Assembly (NCBI RefSeq): GCF_000021805.1
Contig: NC_011726.1
Span: 2,510,097-2,574,096, forward strand
Direction of reading: 5' to 3'
DNA from: Rippkaea orientalis PCC 8801
Lineage (GTDB): Bacteria > Cyanobacteriota > Cyanobacteriia > Cyanobacteriales > Microcystaceae
Length of the DNA: 64,000 nt
Every line of letters begins with the position of its first letter. Within the stretch, counting starts at the first letter, position 1. Shown one piece after another: positions 30,389-41,081 of this stretch. The position numbers were made by a program, and so were the translations under genes. The notes under the pieces were generated by a model, which did not search any database, had not been told where the DNA came from, and saw only the letters and a program-made list of their open reading frames with translations.

Positions 30389-31042
30389 TTAACTATCTTT
30401 AGTCAGTGAAAGACGAAGTTCGCGCAGCATTTGACTTGTTCCTTGCTCAAAGGCTTGTTCTACGAGTTTCGGGATGATTTCCACGACGTTGATATCAGGA
30501 AAAATGAGGCTGTTTGTTGTTTCCCCATAGCCTTCTTGTTGTAAAAGATAAATTTTCAGGCGATTATTGTCATAAATCCAAACCTCTGGGACTCCAATCA
30601 CTTCGTATGCGTCCATCGTCGTCTTTGAGGTAACATCAGATTCTATCGCTAAATCGGGTGGTGGATTGATTTTCATATCCATCCGAAGAAGGCTACGAAC
30701 TTGTCGTGCATTCTCAATATAAAAACAGGTATCGGGTTCTAGTCCTGCTTTTTTGGGTTTCTTAAAGGTGGTTGACCCAAAATCCTCCCAATCCCTATTT
30801 TGGGCATCTAAAATCGCTGTCACAATATAGGCGATGATACGATGGGGACGTTCATGGGCAGGTAAAGGGGACATGAGTTCTAGGGTTCCCTGACAGTAAT
30901 TAACACGAGGAATACGACGATCTTCTCCCAATTCCTCTAGCAACGCTTCATAGTGGTCCCAGCTAACCTGTTCAATCAGTATATGACTGCCAGGCGATAA
31001 ATTGAGGGTTCTGATGGGGAATGTGACAGGAGAAGCAACCAT
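30389..31042 (-). CDS. Uma2-family (DUF820) putative endonuclease
   Basis: 217 aa. Uma2-like core with conserved acidic residues. A paralog of the ORFs at 21122 and 39988. Confidence 0.7.
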   Translation of the reverse strand: MVASPVTFPIRTLNLSPGSHILIEQVSWDHYEALLEELGEDRRIPRVNYCQGTLELMSPLPAHERPHRIIAYIVTAILDAQNRDWEDFGSTTFKKPKKAGLEPDTCFYIENARQVRSLLRMDMKINPPPDLAIESDVTSKTTMDAYEVIGVPEVWIYDNNRLKIYLLQQEGYGETTNSLIFPDINVVEIIPKLVEQAFEQGTSQMLRELRLSLTKDS

Positions 31043-31097
31043 ATTAGTGAGATAGAATTAGTATTATCAATATTCTAAGCAAAAATTTTAATTGGGT

Positions 31098-32903
31098 TTA
31101 CTCTGCTTTAGAATTGGTTAATTGATGTAGAATTTCCGGGTTGTCTTGCAAAAATTTGATCACTCCATTTTGATCTAAAGGGGCTTCTGAATCTAAGCCT
31201 TTCATCAACTGTTGACCCCAATTCATCACGGCAGGATTTTGTAAGATTTTAGTTAAGATTGTTAGTCCACTGGTGGCTAATAAAAGTTTAGTGGGATCAC
31301 CGTTCTCTCCGTCTTGAGTTCCGGCTAAAATAATCGGATTATTCCCTAATATTCCGGGTTGCGGAGCAAGGGCAGCCATAATTTGGGGTAAGACGATAAT
31401 CAATTTTTCGAGATGTTCCTCGGCTAATTGTACCGTTAAGGCTTTAATTGATAGGGTATTTTGAGCCGAAATTTTTGCTTTTTCTCCTTCGGCTTCTTTG
31501 AGGGATTTATCCAATTCGGCGGCGGCTTTAATTTTAATAGCTTCAGCTAATTGTAAAGCCATAACTTTTTCGTTTTCGGCTTTCAATTTTTGTTGTTCTA
31601 ATTCCCCTTTTTGAGCAATTAAAGCTGTGTCTTTGTTTTGTTCTGCTTTAATACGAGCAATGGCTTTTTGTCGTTCTTCTTCGGCGGTTTTAATGGCTGT
31701 TTCTTTATCAGTAGCAGCGAGAGCAACTTCTTTTTGCGATTCAATTAGATGCTTTTCAGCATTGGCTAATTCTTGATTTTTTTGATTAATGGCAATTCCT
31801 TTAGCAATTTCTGCTGACTCCAAAGCTTCTTTTTGTTGAATTTGTCGCTCTTGTAATTCCTGTTCAGAGATGATCATTCCCTCTTGAATTTCCTGTTCTT
31901 TTCTCACTTTAATTAATTCTTGCGTTGCTCTTTCTGTCTCTCGAACTTCTAAGACTTGCCGTTCATTAGCGGCGGTCATTTGTTCAATTTGTAGGGTATT
32001 TTCTAACTGTTTTTGCCTTAATTCCCGTTCGGCTGCTAATTGTTTTTGGGTTTCTTGTAATTTGAGTAAAGCAATTTCAGTTTTAGTTTCTTCTTGGACT
32101 TTTTCGAGTTCTTTTTTGTTCTGTTGAACAATGGATTCTCGCGTTACCACCGCCTGAATATCAAGATAGTTATCAGGGTTGTAGTGATTTAATTCATCAA
32201 TATTGGTAATGGCAATATTCAGTAATTGTAGACCGTAACGGGCTAAATCTGGTTCGACTTTTGATTTTAGATGATTGGTAACAGTTTCAACACTCCCTTG
32301 TAATTCTCCTAAATTCGCTTGGGAAGCAGCATCTCGCAAATGTCCTTCAAGAATATCATTCACTCGCTTTTTGATTTCTTCTTCCCCGACTAAGATTTCT
32401 TTTTCTCCTTTTTTGCCAGTTCCTAATAGCATAGCTGCATTACGAATACTGTCTTGATCTGGGTTAACTCGTACTTGTAAACTACCATTAAAAACAGCTT
32501 TTAAAAAGTCTTTTGTCCGTAGAGGTTTTTCCACAGTATGACCCCTGACAACGGAAACCGTCACCTGATTGAGTGAAACAATGGTAATGGTTTCAAATCC
32601 TGGGAAAAATAGGGTAGAACGGGTAATAACTTGTTTATCGCGGGTTGGTCCAGAAATGACAAAGGCTTCGTTGGTGTTACAAACGCGATAAAATTTCGCA
32701 AACATCAAGTAAGTGACGATAACCACTGTTATGATACTACCGCTAATGATTCCGGCCGGTATGAGCCATCCAAAGTTACTATTTGCTGGAATTTGCGCTA
32801 AATAGGGGGTTTGAACTTCAGTCGAAGCAACTTCAAGATAAGTGGTTTGGGGTTGTTTAAGCGAGAATTTTCGGATTAAATTGAGTTCTAATTGAGGATT
32901 CAT
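31098..32903 (-). CDS. Flotillin-like SPFH/band-7 protein with long coiled-coil
   Basis: 601 aa. N-terminal TM segment, SPFH domain, extended EA/KQ-rich coiled coil. Confidence 0.85.
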   Translation of the reverse strand: MNPQLELNLIRKFSLKQPQTTYLEVASTEVQTPYLAQIPANSNFGWLIPAGIISGSIITVVIVTYLMFAKFYRVCNTNEAFVISGPTRDKQVITRSTLFFPGFETITIVSLNQVTVSVVRGHTVEKPLRTKDFLKAVFNGSLQVRVNPDQDSIRNAAMLLGTGKKGEKEILVGEEEIKKRVNDILEGHLRDAASQANLGELQGSVETVTNHLKSKVEPDLARYGLQLLNIAITNIDELNHYNPDNYLDIQAVVTRESIVQQNKKELEKVQEETKTEIALLKLQETQKQLAAERELRQKQLENTLQIEQMTAANERQVLEVRETERATQELIKVRKEQEIQEGMIISEQELQERQIQQKEALESAEIAKGIAINQKNQELANAEKHLIESQKEVALAATDKETAIKTAEEERQKAIARIKAEQNKDTALIAQKGELEQQKLKAENEKVMALQLAEAIKIKAAAELDKSLKEAEGEKAKISAQNTLSIKALTVQLAEEHLEKLIIVLPQIMAALAPQPGILGNNPIILAGTQDGENGDPTKLLLATSGLTILTKILQNPAVMNWGQQLMKGLDSEAPLDQNGVIKFLQDNPEILHQLTNSKAE

Positions 32904-32910
32904 AGGATTC

Positions 32911-32952
32911 AGTAATCAGTTATCAGTTATCAGTAATCAGTAATCAGTTATC
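32911..32952. repeat. Heptanucleotide tandem repeat (STRR-like): six units of agtaatc/agttatc
   Basis: Direct reading gives agtaatc agttatc agttatc agtaatc agtaatc agttatc. The repeat sits 8 nt upstream of the flotillin start codon at 32903. Confidence 0.8.
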
Positions 32953-33002
32953 AGCAAACAATAATCCATCGTTTATATTTTCTTCTAGTCTCCTCTTCTC
33001 TC

Positions 33003-33707
33003 CTAAATGCGGCGATAAGCGGTAATTACTTCTAATTCATCGTTACTATCGGCTTTAACGAAGGTGTAACGTCGAGGGGCGATTAAATCGACAATATAGA
33101 CGTTATCCCCTACTTTAAAATCAAGATCAGTGGCATTTTCCCAAGCAAAGCCGTAAATTTGCACATAAAATCGCCCAAAATTGTCATAAACATTAACCTC
33201 TATCAGTCCCTTCCCTAAAACGGAGAGAATCGTTCCCCGCGAACCAATTAACCGTTCAGGGATTAATTGTTCGGCAATGGTATGGGTTTTTAAGAGGGGT
33301 TTAAAGTGGCCGACAACGGCGATGAAAAGTCGGGCTAAAATGACCCCTGCTGCTTTAATTATCCAAGATTCGGGCGGTAAAGTTGGATAAACCCCGTTTT
33401 GCCAATACCACCAAAGATTGCCACTCCAGCCCACCATCCCTATCATAAAGGGATAAATGCCCAAAAGGAATAAAAGGGGGACTGAGCCAACGCCAATTAG
33501 GGCTAATAATAGGCCAACCAGGGGTATTCTTAATAGGGGAGGACGTTGAGCCGAGTCAGCTTTAATCAGATCAGGTGCAGCGACAGTCAATGCAGCCAAA
33601 ACAATGAGGAGAAACCCCACGATGGCCATAATAATAAATCCCTGATTCACGGGTTCAAAGATAGAAGGCACTTTAACAGTCATGATTAACATTAAGACTG
33701 CTCCCAT
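33003..33707 (-). CDS. NfeD-family membrane protein, the flotillin partner
   Basis: 234 aa. N-terminal TM helices plus C-terminal OB-fold-like region. Lies immediately upstream of the flotillin gene on the same strand. Confidence 0.7.
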   Translation of the reverse strand: MGAVLMLIMTVKVPSIFEPVNQGFIIMAIVGFLLIVLAALTVAAPDLIKADSAQRPPLLRIPLVGLLLALIGVGSVPLLFLLGIYPFMIGMVGWSGNLWWYWQNGVYPTLPPESWIIKAAGVILARLFIAVVGHFKPLLKTHTIAEQLIPERLIGSRGTILSVLGKGLIEVNVYDNFGRFYVQIYGFAWENATDLDFKVGDNVYIVDLIAPRRYTFVKADSNDELEVITAYRRI

Positions 33708-33802
33708 GGAAGAATAAGGGAATCAATTTTCATTTTAGCAATTATCATAGGTAGATGGGCAATGAATCGTTGATCATTGCTAATTGTTGACAATTTTTTA
33801 GT

Positions 33803-36520
33803 ATGTTTTTTCGTTACCTACGTTTTGTCTCAATCTCTTTAATTAGCTTGGTTTTAAGTCTATTTTTAACGACCTATCCCTGGTTGTCAGTGATTGCGTC
33901 TAGTCCTCCTCTTAACTCAATTAATCAAAGTCAACGACTAGAACAAGCAAAACAATGGTATCAACAGGGTCAACTCAACTTAGCCATTGAAACTTGGCGA
34001 GAAATAGCGATTTATTATGAAGAACAAGAAGATCAACTCAACCAAGCGCATATATTAACCTATTTAGCGTTAGCTTATTCTCAATTAGGAGCCTGGACAG
34101 AGGCTGAAGAATCGATTAATGATAGTTTAACTTTATTACAAGAAACGATTAAAACTAAGACAGAAGTTTGTTTACCAATTTTAGCAGAAGCCTTAAATGT
34201 CCAAGGAACATTATTTTTAGCTAAAGGGGATGCTTTATCAGCTTTATCAAGTTGGGAAAAAGCGACAAATACCTATGAGCAAGTCAGAGATGAATCAGGA
34301 ATTTTTCGTACTAAAATTAATCAAAGTATGGCATTAAAAGCATTAGGAAGCTATTCGAGAGCTTGCGAAAAGTTAGTAGAAGTTTTTAGCAATAATTCAT
34401 TAACTTGTAAACCTCTTAATCTTAAAAAAATAAATGATTTATTCTCAAGTTCTCTAGAGTCTTTATCGAGTATTAAAATAGCTGGTTGGAGTAGTTTAGG
34501 AGAAGTGTTAAAAGAAATGGCTGAACTGGACAGTTCTCAATTCATTTTTGAAACACTCTTGGAAAAGTCACCAGCAACAGAACAGCAAGCCAGCTTATTA
34601 GTTAATTTAGCAAAAACCCTACAATTACAGGGAAATATTGAAGAAGCTCAAGAAAAATTAATAAGAGCGATCGCACTTTCTAAAAATTCTCAAACCCAAG
34701 TCAAAGCGCAACTGATACAACTTCAATTATTGATCAATCAAAAACAATGGAATCAAATTGAAGCTTTGGTTAGCAATTTAGTCAATCAAATCTCTCAATT
34801 ACCCCTCAATCAAACTAAAATTGATGCTCAACTAACGTTAGCGCAACGCTTAATGGAAATTAAATCACCATCGTGGCAAGAAATTGACCAATTATTGCTT
34901 GAAGCTCAGAAAAATTCGGAAACTATTGGATATATCAGAGGACAAGCCTTTAGTCTCGGTAATCAAGGAGAACTTTATGAACAATTAGCACTTAGTAAAG
35001 TGTGCTATCTTAACAACAACAATCTTAGTCGCTACAGACAACAAACCCCCCTAAATTGTCATCAAGTTTATCAATTTACAGATATCAAACAGTTAGAAGC
35101 GATACCAAGTCAACTGTGGAAAAAAGCGTCTCAATTTACCGAACAAGCCCTCAAACATTCTCAAGCCCTACAAGCCCCAGAAATGACCTATTTATGGCAA
35201 TGGCAACTGGGGAGAATTTTAGCTGAATCGGGGCAAACAGGGGCAATAGAAGCCTATTTAGCAGCTATTGAGACCCTTGAAACAATTACCAATCAGTTAG
35301 GAACCAATCGGGAATTTCAATTTTCCTTTCAAGAAAAAGTAGAACCCTTGTATCGTCAATTGTTGAGTCTTTTGTTACCCCGCAATAATCAAGACTCGGT
35401 TCCTCAAGAACAATTAGTAGAAGCGCGTCAGCAAATTGAGGCCTTACAAGCAGCAGAATTGAATAATTTCTTTAGGGATGTTTGTGTGCAAAGTGAACCT
35501 GTGGCGATTGAAGACATTGATCCCCAAGCGGCTGTGATTTATCCCTTAATTTTACGCGATCGCTTAGTGGTTCTTCTGAGTCTTCCCAAACAACCCCTAC
35601 AAGCGTATGTGGTTCCGATAGAACAAGAAGAGTTAGAAAAAATCCTTCGGGACTTTCGCTACAATATCGTCATTCGCAGCCAACGGGAGTTTTTTATCAA
35701 TGCAGAACAACTCTATGATTGGCTTATCCGTCCTTTTAACCAACGATTACAGCAATCTAGCATTAAAACTCTGATTTTTGTTGCTGATGGCGTTTTTAGA
35801 AATGTTCCTCTAGCAGCTTTATACGATGGTCAACAATATCTCATCGAAAACTATGGCGTATCTTTAACCCCTGGATTAACTTTATTGTCTCCTGAATCCT
35901 TACAACAAAAGGGGTTAAATACTCTGTTTGCTGGATTAACGGCTGAAACGCCCAAAGACGGCTTTATTCCCCTATTTTACGTTCAACAAGAGTTACAGGC
36001 TGTTAAGTCCCAAGTCCCTAGTCTGTCTTTACTTAATGAGCAATTTACCTTAAGCAATTTACAAGATAATCTCCAGGATAATTTCTTTCCGATTCTTCAT
36101 TTTGCCACCCATGGTCAGTTTAGTTCGCAATTTGAAGAGACGTTTCTACTAGCCTGGAACAGTCGCATTAATATTTTACAATTGGAACGACTATTAAAAG
36201 AAAGCGCACCCACTCAAAGAGCAGCCATTGAATTATTAATTCTGAGTGCTTGTGAAACCGCTACAGGCGATCGCCGTGCTGCTTTAGGATTAGCCGGGTT
36301 TGCGGTTCGTGCTGGTGCCAGGAGTACTTTAGCGACGCTTTGGTCTGTTAATGACCAAGGGACAGCACTATTAATGGAACAGCTTTATAATCAATTAGCT
36401 CAACAAAAAATCTCTAAAGCTGAAGCTCTACGACAAGCACAATTAGTCTTATTAAAAGACCGTTGGTATCGACATCCTTTTTACTGGTCGCCTTATATTT
36501 TAGTGGGAAATTGGCTTTAA
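33803..36520 (+). CDS. TPR-repeat + CHAT-domain (caspase-like) protein
   Basis: 905 aa. C-terminal CHAT signature HFATHGQF ... LLILSACETATGD ... ATLWSVND (His/Cys dyad). N-terminal TPR-like repeats. Confidence 0.85.
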   Translation: MFFRYLRFVSISLISLVLSLFLTTYPWLSVIASSPPLNSINQSQRLEQAKQWYQQGQLNLAIETWREIAIYYEEQEDQLNQAHILTYLALAYSQLGAWTEAEESINDSLTLLQETIKTKTEVCLPILAEALNVQGTLFLAKGDALSALSSWEKATNTYEQVRDESGIFRTKINQSMALKALGSYSRACEKLVEVFSNNSLTCKPLNLKKINDLFSSSLESLSSIKIAGWSSLGEVLKEMAELDSSQFIFETLLEKSPATEQQASLLVNLAKTLQLQGNIEEAQEKLIRAIALSKNSQTQVKAQLIQLQLLINQKQWNQIEALVSNLVNQISQLPLNQTKIDAQLTLAQRLMEIKSPSWQEIDQLLLEAQKNSETIGYIRGQAFSLGNQGELYEQLALSKVCYLNNNNLSRYRQQTPLNCHQVYQFTDIKQLEAIPSQLWKKASQFTEQALKHSQALQAPEMTYLWQWQLGRILAESGQTGAIEAYLAAIETLETITNQLGTNREFQFSFQEKVEPLYRQLLSLLLPRNNQDSVPQEQLVEARQQIEALQAAELNNFFRDVCVQSEPVAIEDIDPQAAVIYPLILRDRLVVLLSLPKQPLQAYVVPIEQEELEKILRDFRYNIVIRSQREFFINAEQLYDWLIRPFNQRLQQSSIKTLIFVADGVFRNVPLAALYDGQQYLIENYGVSLTPGLTLLSPESLQQKGLNTLFAGLTAETPKDGFIPLFYVQQELQAVKSQVPSLSLLNEQFTLSNLQDNLQDNFFPILHFATHGQFSSQFEETFLLAWNSRINILQLERLLKESAPTQRAAIELLILSACETATGDRRAALGLAGFAVRAGARSTLATLWSVNDQGTALLMEQLYNQLAQQKISKAEALRQAQLVLLKDRWYRHPFYWSPYILVGNWL

Positions 36521-37002
36521 TATAGCAGTTCCCATACTGGTGAAATACAGAGTTTTCTACTTTTTGGGAACGGGGAACAAAGAATAAATTAAGTTGTAAT
36601 TCATGAGTTCAGGAAACGCTATATACCCTTCTTAAGCTGTTCATCATCTAATTGGGTCGTTGAGAGTGAGGGGGGGAGGAGGGGAGGGATTCGCAATTTT
36701 TACTGATTTCCACCATACCCAGTTTAAAGACACAAGAGTTTATCCCTATTAAAAATTTTTTCTGTATAAAAAACTACAGTTTGTCAAAAATAATTGTAAT
36801 TTTGGTTACAGTTTGTATAATGAAGTTAGGGAAATTTGACCGACTGTGGATAAGAGGCAGGTGAGTATGAATACCCATGATGTCCGAACCCATTACACCT
36901 ACGTTCTAACCAATGACGGAAGGCTACACAAAGAAAAAGAGCATCCAATGGCAATGGTACTCCTAATCTTCTTTGGTTCTTTAGTTATCGGGGCTATTCC
37001 CC

Positions 37003-39243
37003 TTATTTACGGGTCAATGCTTGATTTCTCTTCAAGTCAAGTTCCGACGGTTCCCCATGAAGCGACCCTGTGGGAATAGTCACCTTTTCGAGTTGTACCG
37101 CACAGGCTTTCAATTCGGGTTGTAAGGAACTCGGACAAGCAATAGGATGAGTTAGGGCATTAGCTTCTGCATCATCCGCCCAAAGTGCGCCCCAGTGCAT
37201 CGGGACAAAAACCGTTCCGGGGGCGATCGCTTCTGTTATCATCGCTGGAAACCGCGCTACTCCTCGACGCGATCGCACTTCTACTAAACTATTCTCCTCA
37301 ATCTTGAATCTAGCTGCATCGCGGGGGTGAATTTCAATAAACGGGGTAGGGTGCATCTTACGAATTTTCGGGATGTGTCCGGTGCGTGTTTGGGTATGCC
37401 AATGGCCATACAACCTCCCCGTGGTTAAGATAAAAGGATAATCGGTATCAGGGGGTTCTGCCAGTCCTTTAGAATGATAAGCGGCAAATCTTGCTCGTCC
37501 ATCGGGGGTATTAAACCGTAAATCGGTGTAAAGTCGTTTATTAGTGCGATTTTGTTCTTTTTCTTCTTCCCCTTCTGGAGATGGCCATTGATAGGGATAA
37601 GGCCATTGCAACGGACCTTGCTGACGCAGGCGATCATGGCTTAACCCCGAATAATCACAGGGGCGGCCTTCGGTACATTGGACAAATTCGGCAAACACCT
37701 CGGCGGAACTATTAAAGCGAAAGGCCTCAACAAAGCCTAACCGTCGTCCTACTTCCGCTAAAACTGCCCAATCTGGCCTAGCTTCTCCTGGGGGATCTCG
37801 AAATTCAGGACACAACGTAACAACGCGCTCAGAATTGGTCATTACCCCAGTTTTTTCGCTCCATTGCGCTGCTGGAAGCAGAATATGGGCATATTCGGAG
37901 GTTTCTGTGGGATAGTAGGCATCCTGATAAACCGTAAAGGGCGATCGCCTTAATGCCTCCTGCGTACGCTTAACATCGGGCATACTGACGGCAGGATTGG
38001 TCGCAGCAATCCATAAAAAGCCAATATCGCCCGTTTCTAACGCCCGCATCATCTCTACCCCCGTTAAACCTCGTTGGGGTCGAATACTGCCGGGGGGTCG
38101 TCCCCAAAATTGCTCCATTTCGGCGCAGTGTTGGGGGTTGGTAATCACCCGATATCCGGGGAGAATATTGGCTAATCCCCCGGCTTCTCGTCCTCCCATA
38201 GCGTTAGGTTGTCCCGTTAAGGAAAACGGACCCGCCCCAGGTTTGCCGATATTGCGGGTCATCAAATGGAGGTTAATTAGAGTGCGTACCTTGGCGGTTC
38301 CTTCTGAGGATTGATTCATTCCCATGGACCACAAAGAAAGTACCCGTTCAGACTTAGCCCAATATTTAGCGGCTGTTTCCAAGTCATCGAGACGAATTTC
38401 GCAGTTACGGGCAACCAATTCGGGGGGATAATGACTAATCACCTCCGCGTAGGCCGGGAAGTTTTGCGTACACTCATCAATAAAGTAGGTATCAATTGTC
38501 CCCCATCGCATTAAGAGATGGGCAATTCCATTGAATAAGTCAATGTCGGTTCCTGGTTTAATGGCCAAGTGTAGGTCAGCCACTTCGGCAGTTTTAGTAC
38601 GACGGGGATCAACGACTACCATTTTAACCTTGCGGTTCTGTTTGTGGTGTTGCCGCAAACGGTTAAAGACAATGGGGTGACATTCGGCGGTGTTGGTTCC
38701 GATGAGAAAAGCGCAATCGGTTAATTCTAAATCTTCATAGCAACATGGGGGGCCATCGCTGCCGAAACTTTGGGTATAACCCGCCACTGCTGAGGACATA
38801 CACAGACGGGAATTAGCGTCAAAATTATTGGTTCCAAGGAACCCTTTAAAGAGTTTTTGCGCGATATAGTAATCTTCGGTTTGAAATTGCCCAGAGCCGT
38901 ACATAGACAGACCATCTGGACCTTGGGTCTGGAGTACGGTTTGAATACGATGGACAATGGCTTCTAAGGCTTCATCCCAACTGACACGACGGAAAGATTC
39001 ATCAAGGGAATCGCGCATCATTGGGTATTTTAGACGGTTTTTGTCCAAGGATTCGCTAACGGTTGCCCCTTTAACACAGACCTTACCCTGACTAGACGGA
39101 TGACTGCGATCGCCTCTGACTTGCCAGATGGGGGTTCCCTGACTATCTCGGTTGGTGGGTTTACCTGGTTGGGCTGGAGGTAACACTTCCAGTCCGCAAC
39201 CGACACCACAATAGGGACAGAGAGTTTTGGCAGAGTTAGTCAT
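37003..39243 (-). CDS. narB: Assimilatory ferredoxin-nitrate reductase (molybdopterin oxidoreductase)
   Basis: N-terminal 4Fe-4S motif CPYCGVGCG. 746 aa. Lies in the nirA-nrtP context. Confidence 0.9.
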   Translation of the reverse strand: MTNSAKTLCPYCGVGCGLEVLPPAQPGKPTNRDSQGTPIWQVRGDRSHPSSQGKVCVKGATVSESLDKNRLKYPMMRDSLDESFRRVSWDEALEAIVHRIQTVLQTQGPDGLSMYGSGQFQTEDYYIAQKLFKGFLGTNNFDANSRLCMSSAVAGYTQSFGSDGPPCCYEDLELTDCAFLIGTNTAECHPIVFNRLRQHHKQNRKVKMVVVDPRRTKTAEVADLHLAIKPGTDIDLFNGIAHLLMRWGTIDTYFIDECTQNFPAYAEVISHYPPELVARNCEIRLDDLETAAKYWAKSERVLSLWSMGMNQSSEGTAKVRTLINLHLMTRNIGKPGAGPFSLTGQPNAMGGREAGGLANILPGYRVITNPQHCAEMEQFWGRPPGSIRPQRGLTGVEMMRALETGDIGFLWIAATNPAVSMPDVKRTQEALRRSPFTVYQDAYYPTETSEYAHILLPAAQWSEKTGVMTNSERVVTLCPEFRDPPGEARPDWAVLAEVGRRLGFVEAFRFNSSAEVFAEFVQCTEGRPCDYSGLSHDRLRQQGPLQWPYPYQWPSPEGEEEKEQNRTNKRLYTDLRFNTPDGRARFAAYHSKGLAEPPDTDYPFILTTGRLYGHWHTQTRTGHIPKIRKMHPTPFIEIHPRDAARFKIEENSLVEVRSRRGVARFPAMITEAIAPGTVFVPMHWGALWADDAEANALTHPIACPSSLQPELKACAVQLEKVTIPTGSLHGEPSELDLKRNQALTRK

Positions 39244-39379
39244 AGGTCATTTATGAGTTGAATACAATACTGTTGGGTCAGAGGGGACAAAGGAAATGCT
39301 AATAATTTTACATTTTAGAAATTGAGAGGAGACGCTTTGTATCAATAGATTGAAAAATTCTCAATAAAGGAGTCAAGGG

Positions 39380-39913
39380 ATGAGAAAAGTGGCTGTATTT
39401 GGTAATACAGGTGGGGGAAAATCAACCCTTAGCCAGCAATTATCGGACATTACGGACTTACCCCTTTACGTTCTTGATAAGATTCAATATCAGCCAGGGG
39501 GGGCGCAGGTTCCTTATGAAGAATATAAGCGTATTCATGAGCAAATTATAGCAACAGATGGATGGATTATCGATGGATTTGGTTGTTTAGAGACGGTTTG
39601 GCTACGTTTGGCCAAAGCAGACACTTTAATTTACGTTGATCTTCCCCTATCTTTACATTTTTGGTTTGTTAGTAAACGATTGATTATGGGGTTTTTCTCT
39701 CCCCCTCAAGGTTGGCCTGAAAATAGTCCTCTTTTGAAAAGTTCAATCACCAGTTATCGTACCCTTTGGTTATGTCATAAACGTTTAACTCCGAAATACC
39801 GTGATTATGTCATAAAAGCCAGAAGTACTAAGACAGTTTATCATCTTCAATCCCTTAGACAGATATCAGAATTTTTGGAGTTTATGTTAACTCAAACAAA
39901 CGGCTATCTCTGA
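39380..39913 (+). CDS. P-loop NTPase (adenylate-kinase/FlaR-like small AAA protein)
   Basis: Walker A GNTGGGKST. 177 aa. Confidence 0.55.
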   Translation: MRKVAVFGNTGGGKSTLSQQLSDITDLPLYVLDKIQYQPGGAQVPYEEYKRIHEQIIATDGWIIDGFGCLETVWLRLAKADTLIYVDLPLSLHFWFVSKRLIMGFFSPPQGWPENSPLLKSSITSYRTLWLCHKRLTPKYRDYVIKARSTKTVYHLQSLRQISEFLEFMLTQTNGYL

Positions 39914-39987
39914 AGTCCTAATCATCAACCTTACTTACTGATCGACTAAAATTAAATCTAGGGTAATTTCTCAGGCAAAATTGAGCA

Positions 39988-40560
39988 ATGACAGCAGTAA
40001 TCTTAAACTTAGATACCGTTAACCTCAGTGACGAACAATTTTACCGTCTTTGTCAAGTTAACCAAGATTGGAAACTAGAACGAACCGCAAAAGGAGAATT
40101 AATTGTTATGCCACCCGTTGGGGGAATTAGTGGTAATAGGGAAGCAGATTTCATCATTGATTTAGGACTCTGGAACCGTCAAACTGGACTCGGAAAAGTG
40201 TTTAGTTCTTCGACGATTTTCCGTTTACCCAATGGAGGCGATCGTTCTCCTGATGCTGCTTGGATTAGTTTACCCCGTTGGCAAGCACTTAGTCGAGAAG
40301 AACAAGAAAAATTTCCGCCGATTTGTCCTGATTTTGTCATTGAATTGCGTTCTCGTACTGATTTAGTGGAAGATATTCAAGGGAAAATACAAGAATATCT
40401 TAATAGTGGTTTACAGTTAGGTTGGTTGATTAATCCTCAACAACAACAGGTAGAAATTTATCGACTATTACAACCCGTAGAAATTAAGGAATTACCGACA
40501 GAGTTAAGTGGAGAAGAAGTGTTACCGGGGTTTAGTTTATCTTTGTCCCGTTTTGATTAA
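39988..40560 (+). CDS. Uma2-family (DUF820) putative endonuclease
   Basis: 190 aa. Third Uma2 paralog in the window. Confidence 0.7.
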   Translation: MTAVILNLDTVNLSDEQFYRLCQVNQDWKLERTAKGELIVMPPVGGISGNREADFIIDLGLWNRQTGLGKVFSSSTIFRLPNGGDRSPDAAWISLPRWQALSREEQEKFPPICPDFVIELRSRTDLVEDIQGKIQEYLNSGLQLGWLINPQQQQVEIYRLLQPVEIKELPTELSGEEVLPGFSLSLSRFD

Positions 40561-40733
40561 AAGGGAGAAAAAGATAAAAGCGATCGCTTACTTCTCACTA
40601 TGTTGTATTTTCCTCACTTGTTCAATTTCTAACTTTAATGCTTCTGCTACTTGTTCAATTGAATTAGTTGACGAGTATTCTCAATGGTTTTGGGGTCAGA
40701 TAAGGTAATTAAAGTGAATTAAGCTTGACTAAT

Positions 40734-40940
40734 TCATCTAAATAAACACGGGTAATTCTTTGGGAGTTTAACACTTCTTGATAGCGTTTTCTGTTCTACG
40801 TTTCTATTTAAGGATAATTGTTTTACTTCTACTGAGTCAAAGCGATAGGTATCTGCTTGAGTAATAGAAAGTTGGATTAATTCAAAGAAGATACTAGGAA
40901 AGCATTGAAAGAGACGATCAAAGATAGGATCTGTTTTCAT
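40734..40940 (-). pseudogene. N-terminal fragment of an Rpn/DUF2887-type putative transposase/nuclease
   Basis: The 68-aa ORF begins MKTDPIFDRLFQCFPSIFFELI, the typical start of cyanobacterial DUF2887/Rpn-family proteins of about 250-300 aa. The remainder is missing. Confidence 0.4.
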
Positions 40941-41081
40941 TCCTTTATTTTAACAATATTAATGTCTCAGTTAACCTTGAACAAGTTCCCGAATTTTTAA
41001 AGATTTTAGTCAATGAAACTACTGTTATTTTTCAGTCAACCTTTGTGAGGGCTTAATAACATTAATCCCTCACTAATTTAT

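Noticed and set aside
32911-32952. Tandem repeats as a possible CRISPR array
   Set aside because: Units are 7 nt with no spacers and no cas genes. This is an STRR-type microsatellite, not CRISPR.
36846-37079. 77-aa GTG-start ORF with one hydrophobic helix
   Set aside because: It overlaps the narB 3' end on the opposite strand and has no homology signal. A small membrane peptide cannot be excluded, but evidence is insufficient.
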